Under the pieces are notes generated by a model. The model worked only from the letters and a program-made list of their open reading frames with translations, did not search any database and was not told the origin of the DNA. A DNA stretch of 41,073 nucleotides from Rotaria socialis (Eukaryota), in assembly GCA_905331295.1 (NCBI GenBank), contig CAJNYD010000226.1:62001-103073 (forward strand). The letters are read 5' to 3'. Below, piece by piece: positions 40,905 through 41,073 of this stretch. The stretch's first letter is position 1, and the number at the start of each line of letters is the position of its first letter. A program made the translations under genes and the position numbers.

Positions 40905-41073
40905 CCCAGGTCGATCAACTTGTGTCGTACACGGCCGTTTGGTATACACCGTATTACGGTCGTTTGGCATCGTGCCATATACGATCGTATACAGTCGAAT
41001 ACTGCAATATCCGACCACATTACGGCCGTTAGTAACCGTTTACGACACGGCGAAATACGGCCGTAATACGGTG
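40905..41073. mobile_element. MITE C2 (TACGG/CCGTA-rich), cut off by the window end
   Basis: Starts CCCAGGTCGATCAA, matching the C1 right TIR, followed by many TACGG/CCGT motifs. Confidence 0.75.

Overview
AT-rich eukaryotic genomic DNA with many ~50-60 bp spliceosomal introns. The animal-type gene set, FG-GAP remnant and MITE style suggest a bdelloid rotifer, but that assignment is inference. Spliced by hand, the window holds, in order: the 3' half of PNKP; a decayed Ginger/KRBA2-type integrase fragment; the last exon of a CYP7/8/39-like P450 with an in-frame TGA, next to a 939-N gap; GCLC (-); MELK (+); a TGT...ACA foldback element in (TA)n; fumarate hydratase with no visible mitochondrial presequence; a BAF-domain protein with a ~165-aa N-terminal extension; an innexin (-); BET1L; TRMT112; PAQR3; an intronless FG-GAP pseudogene; a compact FET-family RRM/RGG protein (-); and a pancreatic-lipase-like gene with a probable GC-AG first intron. 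The last ~2.7 kb is a MITE hotspot: five elements share a CCC(A/T)(G/A)GTCGA-type terminus, and there is a possible Helentron-like relic. The hotspot surrounds a small coiled-coil, tail-anchored gene I do not recognise. I found no CRISPR array, rRNA or tRNA, and no multi-gene novel system I can support. The strongest leads are the extended BAF protein, the MITE clan and the embedded orphan gene.
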